Counted from the first letter of the stretch, positions 51,648 through 64,000 are shown. The stretch: DNA of 64,000 nucleotides from Octopus sinensis (GCF_006345805.1 NC_042997.1:137826001-137890000); one strand, 5' to 3'. Notes: generated by a model not told the origin, from the letters alone. Translations and numbers: made by a program.

Positions 51648-54600
51648 TATATGCATCGTCATCATCATCATCGTGTAATATCTGTCTTCTATGCTGACAT
51701 AAGTTGGACAGTTTGACAGAACCTGATGAACCAAAGTACTGCACTGAAGTCCAATGTCTACTTTGGCATAACTTTTATAGCTGGATGTTCTTTCTAATGC
51801 CAGCTACTTTACATAGTGTACTGAATGCTTTCTTTTTTTTTTTTTTTTGTAGCACTGACATTAATGAGGTCACCAAGTAATTTGAAAGAGCCCTCAACTG
51901 AGTTGGTATAATATTGAGGGAGATGGCTTTATGTCAGGTGTTGAGAGATTAAAGTATGATAGAGGGACTAGAACAGGTGTCTTGCTGAAGATAGATAGAT
52001 GCTTATATTCTTGTACCTCAAGGTACAAGAACATAAGCAAGAGAAAGGGACAGAGGAGCAGAAAAGTTGGATAGGAAGGTTTGTTTGTGAAGGTGTGAAA
52101 GGAGGCTGACAGATGGTTAGAGATGGATGCAGTGAATGGGGTACACAGGTGAAGACATGGTCAATGATGCATATCAATTTGGTGGGGGAATGAAGGAAAT
52201 TGAGGTGAGTCAGAGAGGAGGAGGTGATAAATGAAAGTAATAGGGAGACAGTTTGACAGAGAATCTGAAAGATTGTGAGATAAATGGTATATATATAAGA
52301 AATAATGGTGTCATTGAGGCCCAAATGTGTCAGGTAATGCTGAATAAGTGCTATAGAGAGACCATAGTTAAGTTCCAGATTCGGTAATTTTGCGAATAAG
52401 GGGTTCAACGTTGGTTCTATGTCAGCATGTGTATATAAGAATTTTTGTGTAATACCAAGGGTGTGTAGATATTAGAGCATTTATAGATAGCTGTAAGACC
52501 TTCTATCTATGAATGTTCTTAATATCTACACAGCCTTGGTTTTTTATCTCATTACACAAAAAAATTCTTTTATATATATATACATACATATATGTGATGG
52601 CTGCAACTCGATTTCAAGTAAAGTCACAGTTTGATTGTTCTCTTCAACATATGCAACATAGATGTTTTTCATTCCTGTTAGGGACTTACAATCTTTTGTG
52701 CATAGATGTGGCAACATTGAGTGCCTCTTGCTGGAGGTGTTAAAGTTTTATTTTGGTGAACCTTCATATGACATTTCAGTCAACTTCCTGATGCACATTC
52801 TTTTGCACACTCTCTGTGAGTAGAGATGCCATATAATGCATAGTTAACAGCTTCCATGTGTCTGTAGCTTCTGCGATGACCTGTAAGACTTTGCGTATGT
52901 GTGCATGCACAAGTATGTGTCTGTAAGTGTTTACTTTCTGCATCATCATCATTTAATGTCTATGCTCCATGCTGGCATGGGCTGGATGGTTTCACAGGAG
53001 CTTCTGATGGGTCTAAGAACTGCATCATACTCCAGAGTCTGCTTTAGCATGGTTTCTATAGCTGAATGCCTTATTTAATGCCAGCCGCTTTACAACATGT
53101 ACTGGTTGCTTTTTTCATGTCACCAGCAGCTCACAAAAGTACAATACTGGGTGGGGGCATTTATGTACAGAGATGAGGGGTTAAAATATGAAAGGAGGAG
53201 AAGAGGGAGGGACAAACAAGTTCTAGTACAAGAGCTGTTTACTCAGCTTTAGGAGAGAGAGTGATAATGGGATTGATCAGTAGGAGCACAAATCCAGGTG
53301 GCTTGTCAAGGTACAAGGTGAGTAGAAGTGTGTTTGGACAGAGAAAGTAGGTTGATAGGTAGATGGGAGTTTGTAAAAGAGTATGGGAGAATAATAGATA
53401 GGGGGATGGGAGGCAGGTAACTACTGTAAAGATTGGGTAGGATTGAAGGGTGAGTGTAGGGTGTGGTGGATGATTTGGGGAAGGTAGAGAGATGTAGAAA
53501 AGAAGACGAGAGAGATAACATGTTTGTGCAAGCTACATCCAACGGTGGGGTACAGAGGCAAGCATAGTGCATGAAAGAAGATTTGGTGGGCAAGTGGTGA
53601 GGAGGGAATTGTGGATGAGAACAATGATGGATGGAGAATAGCTAACAAGTGAAATGGTTCTAGATAGCAAGAAAAAGCAAGTGGGGTGGAGGGTTTGCAA
53701 TGAGAGAAATGATGGGTGACGAGGTTGATTGGAGGGGATTGGATGAGGTGCATGAACAGGCAAGGATGAGTGACAGAAAGAGTATTCAGTTGTAAAACAA
53801 TACCTGAATACTACAAGGTGTTGTGCCAACCCACGATAGCATGTAAGAACACACCTAAAACAAACCAACATTGTCTTTCTGTTTATCTTTCTCTCTCTAT
53901 CCTATTTCCTGTCAGCTATAGGGTTTCACTTAATCCCTTTAGTCTTAGAGGTTGCAAGGTGACTTCACAAGTACTGTATCATGAAAAGAAGCACCCAAAA
54001 CTGTAAAGTGGTTGGCATTTAGAGGGACATCTGGCTTTAGATGTCAAAATAGTCATAGGGGTATGACACAATTATCATGATGATGGCATGTGGTATCATT
54101 GTCATCATGATGCCATGTGACTTAGTGGTTAGGGCATTCAGCTCATGATCATAAGGTCATGAGTTCAATTCCTGATGGTGTGCTGTATCCTTGAGCAAGA
54201 CATTTCACATTGCTCCAGTTCACTCAGCTGGCAAAAGTGAGTAGTACCTGGAATTCAAAGAATTCAAAGAACCATCCTTGTTACATTCTGTGTCATGCTG
54301 AATCTCACTGAGAGCTCTGTTAAGGGTACATGTATCTGTAGAGTGCTCAGCCACTTGCACATTAATTTCATGAGCAGGCTGTTCCGTTGATTGGAGTGCC
54401 AATTATTACATATTTACACAAACACGCACACACATGCATGCATGCACACATACATACATACATATATATACATACATACATACATACATACATACATACA
54501 TACATACATACATACATACATACATACATGCATACATGCATACATACATATACATATATAATGGTTGTATATTATTTGACAGGAGTCATATTTATGGTTA

Positions 54601-54745
54601 CTAATATGCATTTAATCTAAACTTACAACCAATCAATCATCTGTTAACGTAGACAGTTTCTGTCTACTGTTGGTTAGGATATTGCTAATGAAAAGAAAGA
54701 AATAACGTTGCTTAATTATGTTTGTATTCTCTCAATCTATTGCAG

Positions 54746-54841
54746 GACACTCATCTTGGACAACAGATTCTATTGGCTTCTGGCCGAATCCACAAAAATA
54801 AAATCTATTGTGGGCCAACTGTTTCTCACATGTTGCAAAAG
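54746..54841 (+). CDS. DCAF11: DCAF11-like exon 4 (DTHLGQQILLASGRIHKNKIYCGPTVSHMLQK)
   Basis: tgcag acceptor and AAG|gtaaat donor, 96 nt. Resembles human EIKTQVELATG...FPRMLHQ. Confidence 0.8.
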
Positions 54842-54872
54842 GTAAATTCTTACATACATTTATTCTTTACTG

Positions 54873-54979
54873 CAGTGGTTCCCAACCTGTGATCTGCAAA
54901 CTAAATTCAAAATTTCACACACTCACACACACACATATACATACATACATACATACATACATACATACATGCATGCATG

Positions 54980-55014
<35 letters not shown>

Positions 55015-55929
55015 CACACACACACACACACATACATACATACACAAAATTTAGAGGACTGACCACTAAAAGTGGACAGCCTATATGCTAAACATAGACA
55101 TCAAATCGCCATTACCATGAAGAATGTGTTCTTAAGAAAAATCTCAGCAAAAAACCAAAATGTAAACATAAGCAAGGCAAATGAAAATATACAAAATAAA
55201 AACCGATTACCTATGTACCATTGGTTTCATTTGTTAATATTTACATATATGGACACGCAAACATCTGCAAGATCATCAGCATAGTCTGATCATATATATA
55301 TATATGTGTATATCTATATATAAAAACTCTAGTTGTGTGAGTGTCTGTCCCCTTCGATTTAGATTCCTAACTCCTCCCACATTTTGCGGTGCAGTTTAAC
55401 CAAATTCGGGTATCTTATAGTCGTGATTCATATCGAGCCTGTCTGACTATTAGCGCGCGTCAACGATGAGTCTACGATTTTAAAAATAATTTAACATCAT
55501 TTTTTATTCCATTTTAATGCATAAAATGCATTGTGTGTCGATGGCGGCGGAGTTGGCATCCACGCTCACAGCTGCACCTGTTTGCTTCTCCCCCTTCCCT
55601 CCCTCGTGAAGCTGTGGGGAAGGGAGTGTAAAGAAATCAACGTCGTAATGCGTTGTGAAGGAAACCAGCGTTCTTTTAGAACAACGACTTCATGGCTTGA
55701 AGACACCAAAACAAAAATGGCTAAGAAAGCCCGAATTTATAAGGGAAGTAACTCTCTAAAAATGCTTATATAGTTATTTCCCTTACAAACCCGAGCAACG
55801 CCGGGCGATACTGCTAGTATATATATATACACATACACACACATAAGGATAAGGATATTAAAGGGATTTCATGGGAAAACACATTTAAGTAAAAAGGGTC
55901 CTTGGTAGTGAAAAGGTTGGGAACCACTC
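54873..55929. mobile_element. hAT MITE starting 31 bp after the exon 4 donor, hosting microsatellites and a Helitron
   Basis: TIRs cagtggttcccaacct / aggttgggaaccactc and an 8-bp TSD ctttactg/ctttagtg. Confidence 0.75.
55313..55817 (+). mobile_element. Non-autonomous Helitron
   Basis: A|TCTATATATATAAAAC 5' end, subterminal hairpin cccg-agcaacgc-cggg (55790-55805), CTAG|T 3' end, no TSD, CpG-rich. Confidence 0.9.
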
Positions 55930-57329
55930 CTTTAGTGCAATATGCCACTTCTATATCAGGGGTCAGCAACAAGGTAATCATAGCCCACAAATGGGCCATT
56001 AAAGTGATCTATATGGGTTTCAGATCTTTTATTTCAAATTTATTGTATTTGTAAATCATTGAGTAGTTTCAGGTAACCTTTTTTGTCACAATTTGTTTAA
56101 TTTTTGCTAAAATAAGCATTGCAAATAATGGAAATAGTGATGCACTTGAGGATGATTTTATTTATATATAATCATTTCCATTTAACTTCTACTTTTCCAT
56201 GCTTGCATGGGTTGGACAGTCTTTATTTTCTATGGCTGGGTACACTTCCTGTTGCCAACAAAGGCAAGGTAATATCCAGGGCCAGCCTTAAGCCAATTGG
56301 ACTGATTTTTTCCTAATCGGGCCCCGTGCTCAAGGCTAGACATGTTCTTGCAGAATATTGAAAATGGATCACACTGCTTGTTTGACAGTGACAATCAGTT
56401 TACAACTGTCACATGATGTCAAGACAAGGAGACACAAGCACGCATGTGTGCACACAAACACTTTCACTTCCTGTCTACCTAATCCATTCACAAAGCTTTG
56501 ATTGGCTTCAGCTATAGAAGACACTTGCTCAATGTGTCATGTATTGAGACTTAACCTAGGACCATGTGGTTGGGAAGCAAGCGTCTTATTTCTTTATTGT
56601 TCACAAGGGGCTAAACATAGAGGGGACAAACAAGGACAGGCAAAGGGATTAAGTTGATTACATCGACCCCAGTGCATAACTGGTACTTAATTTATCGACC
56701 CCGAAAGGATGAAAGGCAAAGTTGAACTCAGAATGTAACGGCAGACAAAATACCAATAAGCATTTCGCCCGGCATGGTAACGTTTCTGCCAGCTTGCTGG
56801 CTTCTTACCACACAGCTATGCTTGCACCTACAAAACAAGGATCAGTTCTTTTTGCAATGGTCCACTTTTGATTTTTTAAAAATTTACTCATGGTACAAAG
56901 CCAGCAATTTGGGGGAAGGGGAAAATCAATTAAATCAATCCCAGTGTTCTACTAGTACTTATTTTATTGACCCTAAAAGGATAGAAGGTATAATCAACCT
57001 CAGTGGAATTTGAACTCAGAGCATAAAGATGGATGGAATGCTTTTAAGCATTTTGTCCAGCATGATAGCAATTCTGCTAGCTTGCCTTTATATATATATG
57101 TATTGCAAAAAGAAGTTGTTTATCCTTGTTTTGCATGACGGTGGTTTTCATTTCAATGTTTGTATGTGTAAGAGTATGTATTTTTAGATGGAGATTCTTT
57201 AGCTATCCCAGACTTGGTCTTCATCAATAATATATCATTTCCATTCATGTCATTTCAGAGAGTTGAATAACCTATATATTTCACAGGCACAAATGCCCAT
57301 CATCAAACATGAACAGTTTTAAGGAATTT

Positions 57330-57855
57330 AAATTTACATGGTACGACCACACTTGGAATTTGCATCATCAGTTTGGAACCCCTATCTTGCACAGAACATT
57401 GACCTCCTGGAATCTGTCCAGAGACGTGCAACCAAACGCATACCCTCCATCAGACACCTACCATATTCTGAGCGCCTTGTTTCCCTGGGCATGGATTCAC
57501 TGAAGCTCCGGCGTCTGGCGACGGACTTGGTAAACACCCACAAAGTTATCAACCACCTCACCAACAACAACACTGAACACCTTTTTGATCTCCATGTGTC
57601 TAACACACGTGGACATGCCTACAAAGTCAGAAAACAATACAGCTCTCATGACTTTCGGAAACATTTTTTCACGCTCAGAGTTGCTGAAGCATGGAATAAA
57701 CTGCCTGCGTCAGTTGTTGACTGCCATGACACTGCATCTTTTAAGGCCCTCATGCTTTCCGAAATCCGCCGAAACTACACCTGATTATATATACACTTTA
57801 GATGAGTTGTGCACCTGAGCACTGTACACAATTATTATTATTATTATTATTATTA
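57330..57855 (+). mobile_element. CR1-type LINE 3' end with (ATT)n tail
   Basis: Open frame MVRPHLEFASSVWNPY..LESVQRRATK..YSERL..LRRL..TRGH..FFTLRVAEAWNKLP. Confidence 0.9.
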
Positions 57856-57871
57856 TAGATCATTTCTTTAA

Positions 57872-58097
57872 CCCTTTAGCATTCAGACTATTCTTTCAAA
57901 TGCAATGTTTATATATTCACATTGTTTTGAATTAATTGTGCATTATCTCATAACTTTGAGATTTCAGTGATGTAATTGTTTATTTTTAGAATGACAATGT
58001 AGAGTAGGTGGGAAAGTTTGGAACTGGCCAGTTTGAACAAAAGAAAAAAAATGATAGACTATCTGGGCTGGATATGGTCAGTTTGAATGCTAAAGGG
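57872..58097. mobile_element. piggyBac-type MITE
   Basis: TTAA|CCCTTTAGCATTCA...TGAATGCTAAAGGG|TTAA. Confidence 0.85.
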
Positions 58098-58100
58098 TTA

Positions 58101-58250
58101 AACTGTTCACTTCTGATGATAGGCCTTTGTGCCCAAAATATATAAAGGGTGCTTAACTGTCCTTTTTTGTACTATTAAAATCTTTCTATCTTCTTTATTT
58201 GTTATTTTTCTTCTGTATCACAATATTTGAAGCAAACTACAACACTCTTT
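58101..58250 (+). repeat. ~150-bp repeat with a decayed hammerhead motif (second copy at 61091-61236)
   Basis: Both copies start actgttcacttCTGATGA..ggcctttgtg(c/a)c..AAAA..tataaagg and end aagcaaactacaa.act. Confidence 0.65.
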
Positions 58251-58265
58251 TTTGTTTTATTTCAG

Positions 58266-58330
58266 AGAGAAGTTGGCATGGGTGGTAAGCAATGTTTTTC
58301 AAATGGAGACCAGTGTGCGATGGGTACCCT
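58266..58330 (+). CDS. DCAF11: DCAF11-like exon 5 (REVGMGGKQCFSNGDQCAMGTL)
   Basis: ttcag acceptor and gtaagt donor. Resembles human RERGLCHRGSFSLGEQSRVISH. Confidence 0.85.
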
Positions 58331-59795
58331 GTAAGTACCTATTCTATATGGTTGTGTGTTGATCTTGATATTTTTCTTTCTTTTCTTTTTTTTGCTCTTT
58401 TTTCTTTTTTTTTTACTGATTTTAGTCAATTGACTGTAGCTATGTTGAGTTGGCATCTTTACAAGTTTTTACTCAATTATATCGATTCCAGTACTTAATC
58501 TGGTGCTTATTTCATCATCTTCATTAGCTACATCAATGCAAAATGGACAATCAGTAAAATTCTGATTCTATTTCTGTTTGAATATTTTGTTTGTCACACA
58601 TACAGATGTACAGAAGGGAGGAAACCATTACAGTTTATTGTAATACATCATCATTTTAATGTTCATTTTGCCATGCTTGCATGAGTTGGATGGAATTTAT
58701 TGAGGTGGATTTTCTGTGGCCAGATGTCCTTCCTATCACCAACCCTCATCTGTTTCCAAGCAAGATAATATTTCCCTATGACCAGACATGCTTTCAAAGA
58801 TAGTAAATGAAGGACACTGCTTGCAATAATCACTTGAAGTCAGGTCAAAGAGACACATATACAACAGGTTTCTTTCCGTTTCTGTCTAACAAATCCACTC
58901 ACAAGACTTTGGTTAGCCTTGGGCTATAGTAGAAGGCACTTTCCCAAGGTGCCATGTAGTGGGACTGAACCTGAAATCATGTGGTTAGGAAGCAAGTTTC
59001 TTACCACACAGTCACACCAGTGTCTATTATGTACAGTATATGAAATAAGATTAGATAGAAAACCCTGGTTGCCAGCTCTACATTTTTATATAGAATTACA
59101 AGGAAAATGAGAAGAATGACTAAGGAAACATTACTAATATTAAAATACAAACCAAAAAATCAACACACAGATAAATTACACATAAAATATATCAAAAAAT
59201 CCACCAGTATAATTTTAAAATTTGTTATTTCTGATTTATCAGTTATAACAATACAGGATTCCTGCAATCTTTTGTAACCTAATCCAAAGCATGCAGATAA
59301 CATCCCATTATTACCGTCATTTCATTTTGTTGATGGGACTATGAAGCTTATTACACTAATGGATGAAGGAATTTTGTATTTACACTTGTGCCTAGTCAAA
59401 AGCTCTCATGCTGGTACTGCATAATAGCACTCATGCCGGCACCATGTAATAGCACAAAAGAATCATGAAACAGATTCTTCAAGCTGAGCCAACTAGCAGG
59501 ACGCTTAGGAGTAGACCAAAAATGGGATGGTTGGATATCGTTAGTCTCAGCTGGTCACACTTGGATATCCAAATGGAAAGTGCCTCAGGACTCTACCCAC
59601 GTCCACAACCCTCACAAGAATAGTGGCTGGATGGCTGGAAACTAAACTTAAACATTGTTATGTCATTGATATAGTCATATTTGAAAGAAAAGCTGTTCTC
59701 TATTCACACACGGACATTAAACGATGATGATGATGAAATATTTGTATATAAACATAATTATATGCTTCAAATCGATATGTTTTTTTCATCTTTAG

Positions 59796-59896
59796 ATACA
59801 TCCCAAATATGATGTCAACAGTTGCTTACTGCAAGGACAAAGCTTTCTGTGGAATCTATTCCAAAGAAGGTGACAGCTTCTTAGCTGCAGGTCGAG
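59796..59896 (+). CDS. DCAF11: DCAF11-like exon 6 (YIPNMMSTVAYCKDKAFCGIYSKEGDSFLAAGR)
   Basis: tttag acceptor and G|gtaggt donor. KAFCGIYSK is identical to the human DCAF11 motif. Confidence 0.93.
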
Positions 59897-60280
59897 GTAG
59901 GTACACATATTCTTTTATTCATTGAATGTTTTATTCACTTTTTCCTCTCTCACTCTCTCTCTCCTCTTCTCCCTCCTTCCCTCCCTCTCTTTCTTTTTGT
60001 TTTCAGCATGTATATATTAATCTCTTCATGACTTGACTTCACATGGTTGTTGTAAATGAGTGTCACCATCATACACGTGGTGTCTTTAGTTTCCAATCTT
60101 CCATACAAGCATGTCTTGCCATAAAGATATATTAAGATATATTACAGTATTTGAAAACAGGTGAGGATTGACAATAGGAAAGGTATCTGACTGTATAAAT
60201 CTGCTTTAATGAATTCCATTTGATTCATGCATGCAGGGAAAAGTGGACATTAAAATAGTAAAATGATGATGATAATGGTA

Positions 60281-60326
<46 letters not shown>

Positions 60327-60783
60327 AGGTTTCCTCCAATCTCTGTCTATCAAAATCATTCGTGAGGCATTGAGGAAAAGATAGGGATGTATACATATGA
60401 AAGGCCTCTATACAGTTTCCATGTACCAAATTTCTCTGCTTTGAATTTCATCACTGTTAAGCTGTTGTGGAAGACACTTGCTTAAGGTATCTTACAGTGC
60501 AATATGATGTTGATCCATGTGATTGCAAACAACATGTTCATACTTATGCCCATGTATAAAATTCTCAATGACTATCTGAAGTATCTTAATATCAATATTC
60601 AGGATTGAATTAATTTTTATGGTTTATTTTAGTAGCTCTTTATTGAGCTTTGTGTTTACTTCAGCAAATTTTTATTAGTCTTTTGAAATCATTTGGAATC
60701 TTCCATTAAAATTTTAAGCTTTACTAAAAGCTTGATTATAAATTATTTCTCAAGCCTCTGACAGTTTGTTTATTTATCTTCAG

Positions 60784-60886
60784 ATGTATATATACGGTTG
60801 TATGACACATCATGTGATGAATTCAGACATATTAAATCAATTCGAGCACAAGGATTTTTCTGGAGTATTTTAGATGCTGCATTTAG
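60784..60886 (+). CDS. DCAF11: DCAF11-like exon 7 (DVYIRLYDTSCDEFRHIKSIRAQGFFWSILDAAFS)
   Basis: cttcag acceptor and AG|gtaagt donor. Matches human DQTIRLYD...FKSIKARDVGWSVLDVAFT. Confidence 0.93.
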
Positions 60887-61240
60887 GTAAGTTTTTATTT
60901 CTTGAAAATTTTCTTGCTATTAAAGAAAAATAGTGAAGAAAGTGAGCTTCTAATGATGTGAAAAGGGAAAGTTGAGAAACCTTTGTATATTTCAGGAACA
61001 AAGGTCCATTGTCAGAAGTGAATGGACAAAATGGAGTTGCTGCATGTTTGGCTATCAAAGTGACAGGATCTGCATAAACTCACATTTCTAAACTGTTCAC
61101 TTCTGATGAGGGGCCTTTGTGACAAAATCATATAAAGGTTACTCAAGTTTCCTTTTTTGCATTGTTAGAAATCCTCTTTCTTCATTATATTTTACTTCTG
61201 TATCACAATGTCTTAAGCAAACTACAATACTTTTTCTTAA

Positions 61241-61461
61241 ACTCTTTAGCATTCAGATTACTTTGTCAAATATAATGTCTGTTTATTCATGTTGTTTTGA
61301 ATTTATCCTGCATTATCTTGTAGTTTTGAGATTTTGATTACATGATTATTTATTTTAAGATTAACATTGTAGGGTAGGTATGATAGGCTGGATCTGGCAG
61401 GTTTGAACATAAGACAGGTAAAATATTTTGGTTGGTTATGGCCAGTTTAAGTGCTAAAGGG
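61241..61461. mobile_element. piggyBac-type MITE, same family as 57872-58097
   Basis: ttaa-actctttagcattcag...gtgctaaaggg|TTAA, with internal similarity to the first copy. Confidence 0.8.
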
Positions 61462-62031
61462 TTAAGGAAAAATAATTCTTAATTCTGTGATTGTCAGTTA
61501 TTAATATACTAATTATTAAATGTAAAAACAACATTCTGTGGTTTCTAGATAACATGTTCTTGATAGCTGATACCATTCAATTTATCTTGTTGAATTAATT
61601 TTAGACTTTCTTCACAACTTTAAAATAATTTTTATGGACTGGTTTATGGAGGACGGATGTTGTAGTAATTTAGAACTTGACATATTTTTCAACAGGTTCC
61701 ATATAAAAAAGAATTAGTTACTAAGAGAGATTTCCAAGCAATCATTTTATAAATATACCTGGTAAATATTGAAAGAACATTAAATTTTATGTAATATTCC
61801 ATGATTTCCTTATAGTAATTGTAAAAGGAACAGTTCCTTTTTCTGAAGGAAATTATTTATCACTATAAATACTTAATGTTTTCAAAGCTTTCAATGACTT
61901 ATGATAAAACAACAACATCATATACATTTGTATTTTAATTGCTTGTATTTTTATAAATGTATAACTTGGAAGAATTTAACTTAAATCTTTTATAATAATA
62001 TTTCTTTTATATTTTCTTAATTTTTGTTTAG

Positions 62032-62075
62032 TCCTGATGGAAATTATGTGATATATTCCAGTTGGTCTGACTGCA
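62032..62075 (+). CDS. DCAF11: DCAF11-like exon 8 (PDGNYVIYSSWSDC)
   Basis: tttag acceptor and gtaagt donor. Matches human PDGNHFLYSSWSDY. Confidence 0.93.
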
Positions 62076-62240
62076 GTAAGTCTTACAGCTTTTATTATTC
62101 AAGAACCGTCAATATTATTTTGAATGTATTGTTTTATGTATATTTCAAAATATTTGAAACTAAATGCTTATTTTATATAGTCACAAGTATAATTTTTTTT
62201 CGTTTTGTTTATTTAACGTCCTCTTATGCACATATTTCAG

Positions 62241-62364
62241 TTCATTTGTGTAATATTCGAGGTGACCGTGATATCCACGAAGCCCTACCATTGTTTCCTG
62301 GTAGAAGTACTTTCTGCATTTTTTCACTGACATTCTCTTCTGACAACAAGGAAATTCTTGGAGG
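62241..62364 (+). CDS. DCAF11: DCAF11-like exon 9 (IHLCNIRGDRDIHEALPLFPGRSTFCIFSLTFSSDNKEILGG)
   Basis: tttcag acceptor and GG|gtaagc donor. Matches human IHICNIYGEGDTHTALDL...FSIAVSSDGREVLGG. Confidence 0.93.
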
Positions 62365-63928
62365 GTAAGCATGAAGTTTCTTCTTCCATTCATCATCATC
62401 ATCATCATTATCATCATAATGCTTTAAAGTTTGTTTTCCATGCTGGCATGCATTGGACGGTTTGACCAAAGCTGACAAGCTGCACCAAGTCCCAGTCAGA
62501 TTTGGCTTGGTTTCTACAGCTTGATGCCCCTCCTAATGCCAACTACTTTACAGTGTATGCTGGGTGCTTTTAACGTGCCACCGGCATGAGTGCTTTTACA
62601 TGGCACTAGCATGATTGCTTATTATGTGGCACAGGACTCTTGCAGGCCAATCCTCTTCACCAGGGAATGTGGCCTTAACACTTCTGCTCTGGAAGACGGG
62701 TCTTCTTGAGTACAGCAAGGCACTAGGTATCTTGGTCCTTTGTCAGCTTCTGAAATTCACTGTAATTATAACTTCAGTCTTCTTCCTTACATCTTGAACC
62801 ATTTTGAAACATATTACTCTATGATAGACATCTCATTTGAAAATATATCGTATGCTGTCATTCTTACTTTACTTCAATAATTAACCTGAACTAGTTATTT
62901 TTTTTCTGTCATTCAACTCAATATTGATGCAACTAAGTTATTTTTTAATTAAATCTTTAAATATGGGCTCACCTATTCAATGTTCTAAATACTCTAATAA
63001 CATGCTTAATTTAGAGTTTTGCTATGACTGGAAATTGACTTGAACGATAAAGTTCTATTGAAATTTAATATGATCTCAGGAGGATAGTTTATTCCAGCAG
63101 TTCCTAAACTTATTTTACCATGGAACCTTTACCTATATTTTATGGACAGCCACTGACACCAAAATTTAAATAAGATGTTTTAAATGAAGCAAATATTGCT
63201 TTATAGAGAAAATACATTCATATAAAATGTAAAAAAAAAAACAAAACAAAAAAAACTATTTACCATATATACTGGTTTATAAGATGTGACAAGAAATTGG
63301 CATACATTGAATGTGACTGTATTAAGGCTGGAATACCGAGTGTATAACTGTATGATGAAACATTAACTTTGTTTTCTCCACAAAATATACTTATATGCCA
63401 GTAAATACAGCAATAACATTATTTTGAAATAGCAGACGCCATTCTTTATTTTATTTTTTTTTTTTGCATAAAATAAATTTTTATTAAAAGACCCCTTTTC
63501 TTGCAGAATCTCAGAATTTTGCCTCAGAACCTACTTAAAGAAGCACTGATCTGATCTATCAGGGCAAATTTCATTAAATATCCTATTCTTGTACTAGCAA
63601 AACATTCCCTGTAATTATAAAAAGAATCCCCAAAATTTGAAGTAGAACTTTTCACAGCCAGGTGGTCATCCTTAATACCAGTGTTTCATATTTGTGAGTG
63701 TCCCTGATTTGTTGCCAAAAACATTTCTCACTGGAGCATGTAGCTTATACTGATGTTATCATTTGTCCCTTTGCTAGTATGAATACAGTCTGCATTCAAA
63801 CTCACTGAAACCACTCTTAAGGTGTCATATTCAAAGAAGCCATTATCTTACATATCTTTCTATTATTTTTCTACCATTTTAACTTAATACCTTGCCATTT
63901 TTAAAAGTAAACTTTCACTATTTTCCAG

Positions 63929-63986
63929 TGCAAACTGTGGTAATTTTTATGTGTATGATTTAGAGAGAAACCAGAAGATATTAACA
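63929..63986 (+). CDS. DCAF11: DCAF11-like exon 10 (ANCGNFYVYDLERNQKILT); the gene continues beyond the window
   Basis: ttttccag acceptor and gtaagt donor. Matches human ANDGCLYVFDREQNRRTLQ. Confidence 0.9.
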
Positions 63987-64000
63987 GTAAGTCATTTTGC

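Noticed and set aside
51968-53871. Pro/Leu/Ser-rich minus-strand ORFs
   Set aside because: They derive from purine/pyrimidine-skewed old repeat bodies attached to RTE-type tails and show no recognisable domain or splice structure.

Overview
AT-rich, repeat-dense animal genomic DNA. The repeat families (tRNA-headed SINEs, RTE-type tails ending in (GAT)n, (TA)n/(CATA)n microsatellites) resemble those of Octopus; this is an inference. Most of the ORF track is noise from repeats. Manual splice-site reading gives two divergently transcribed host genes about 19 kb apart. One is the first coding exon of a PRELID3/slowmo homolog on the minus strand (ATG at 17737; the rest lies left of the window). 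The other is a DCAF11/WDR23-like gene on the plus strand with ten phase-compatible coding exons (36867-63986, continuing past the window). The remainder is transposon-derived: two Penelope-like remnants, RTE, CR1, L1/Tx1 and R4-like LINE pieces, Tc1/mariner, hAT and MULE transposase fossils, several MITEs, a non-autonomous Helitron, and an RT-less Gypsy LTR element inserted in the centre of a long-TIR foldback element. The most interesting signal is a set of minimal hammerhead-ribozyme motifs. The best case is a TSD-flanked, head-to-head palindromic element that joins a tRNA-derived Pol III head to a Penelope-type hammerhead tail (19755-20247). Exon and TSD coordinates were counted by hand; boundaries of degenerate repeats are approximate.
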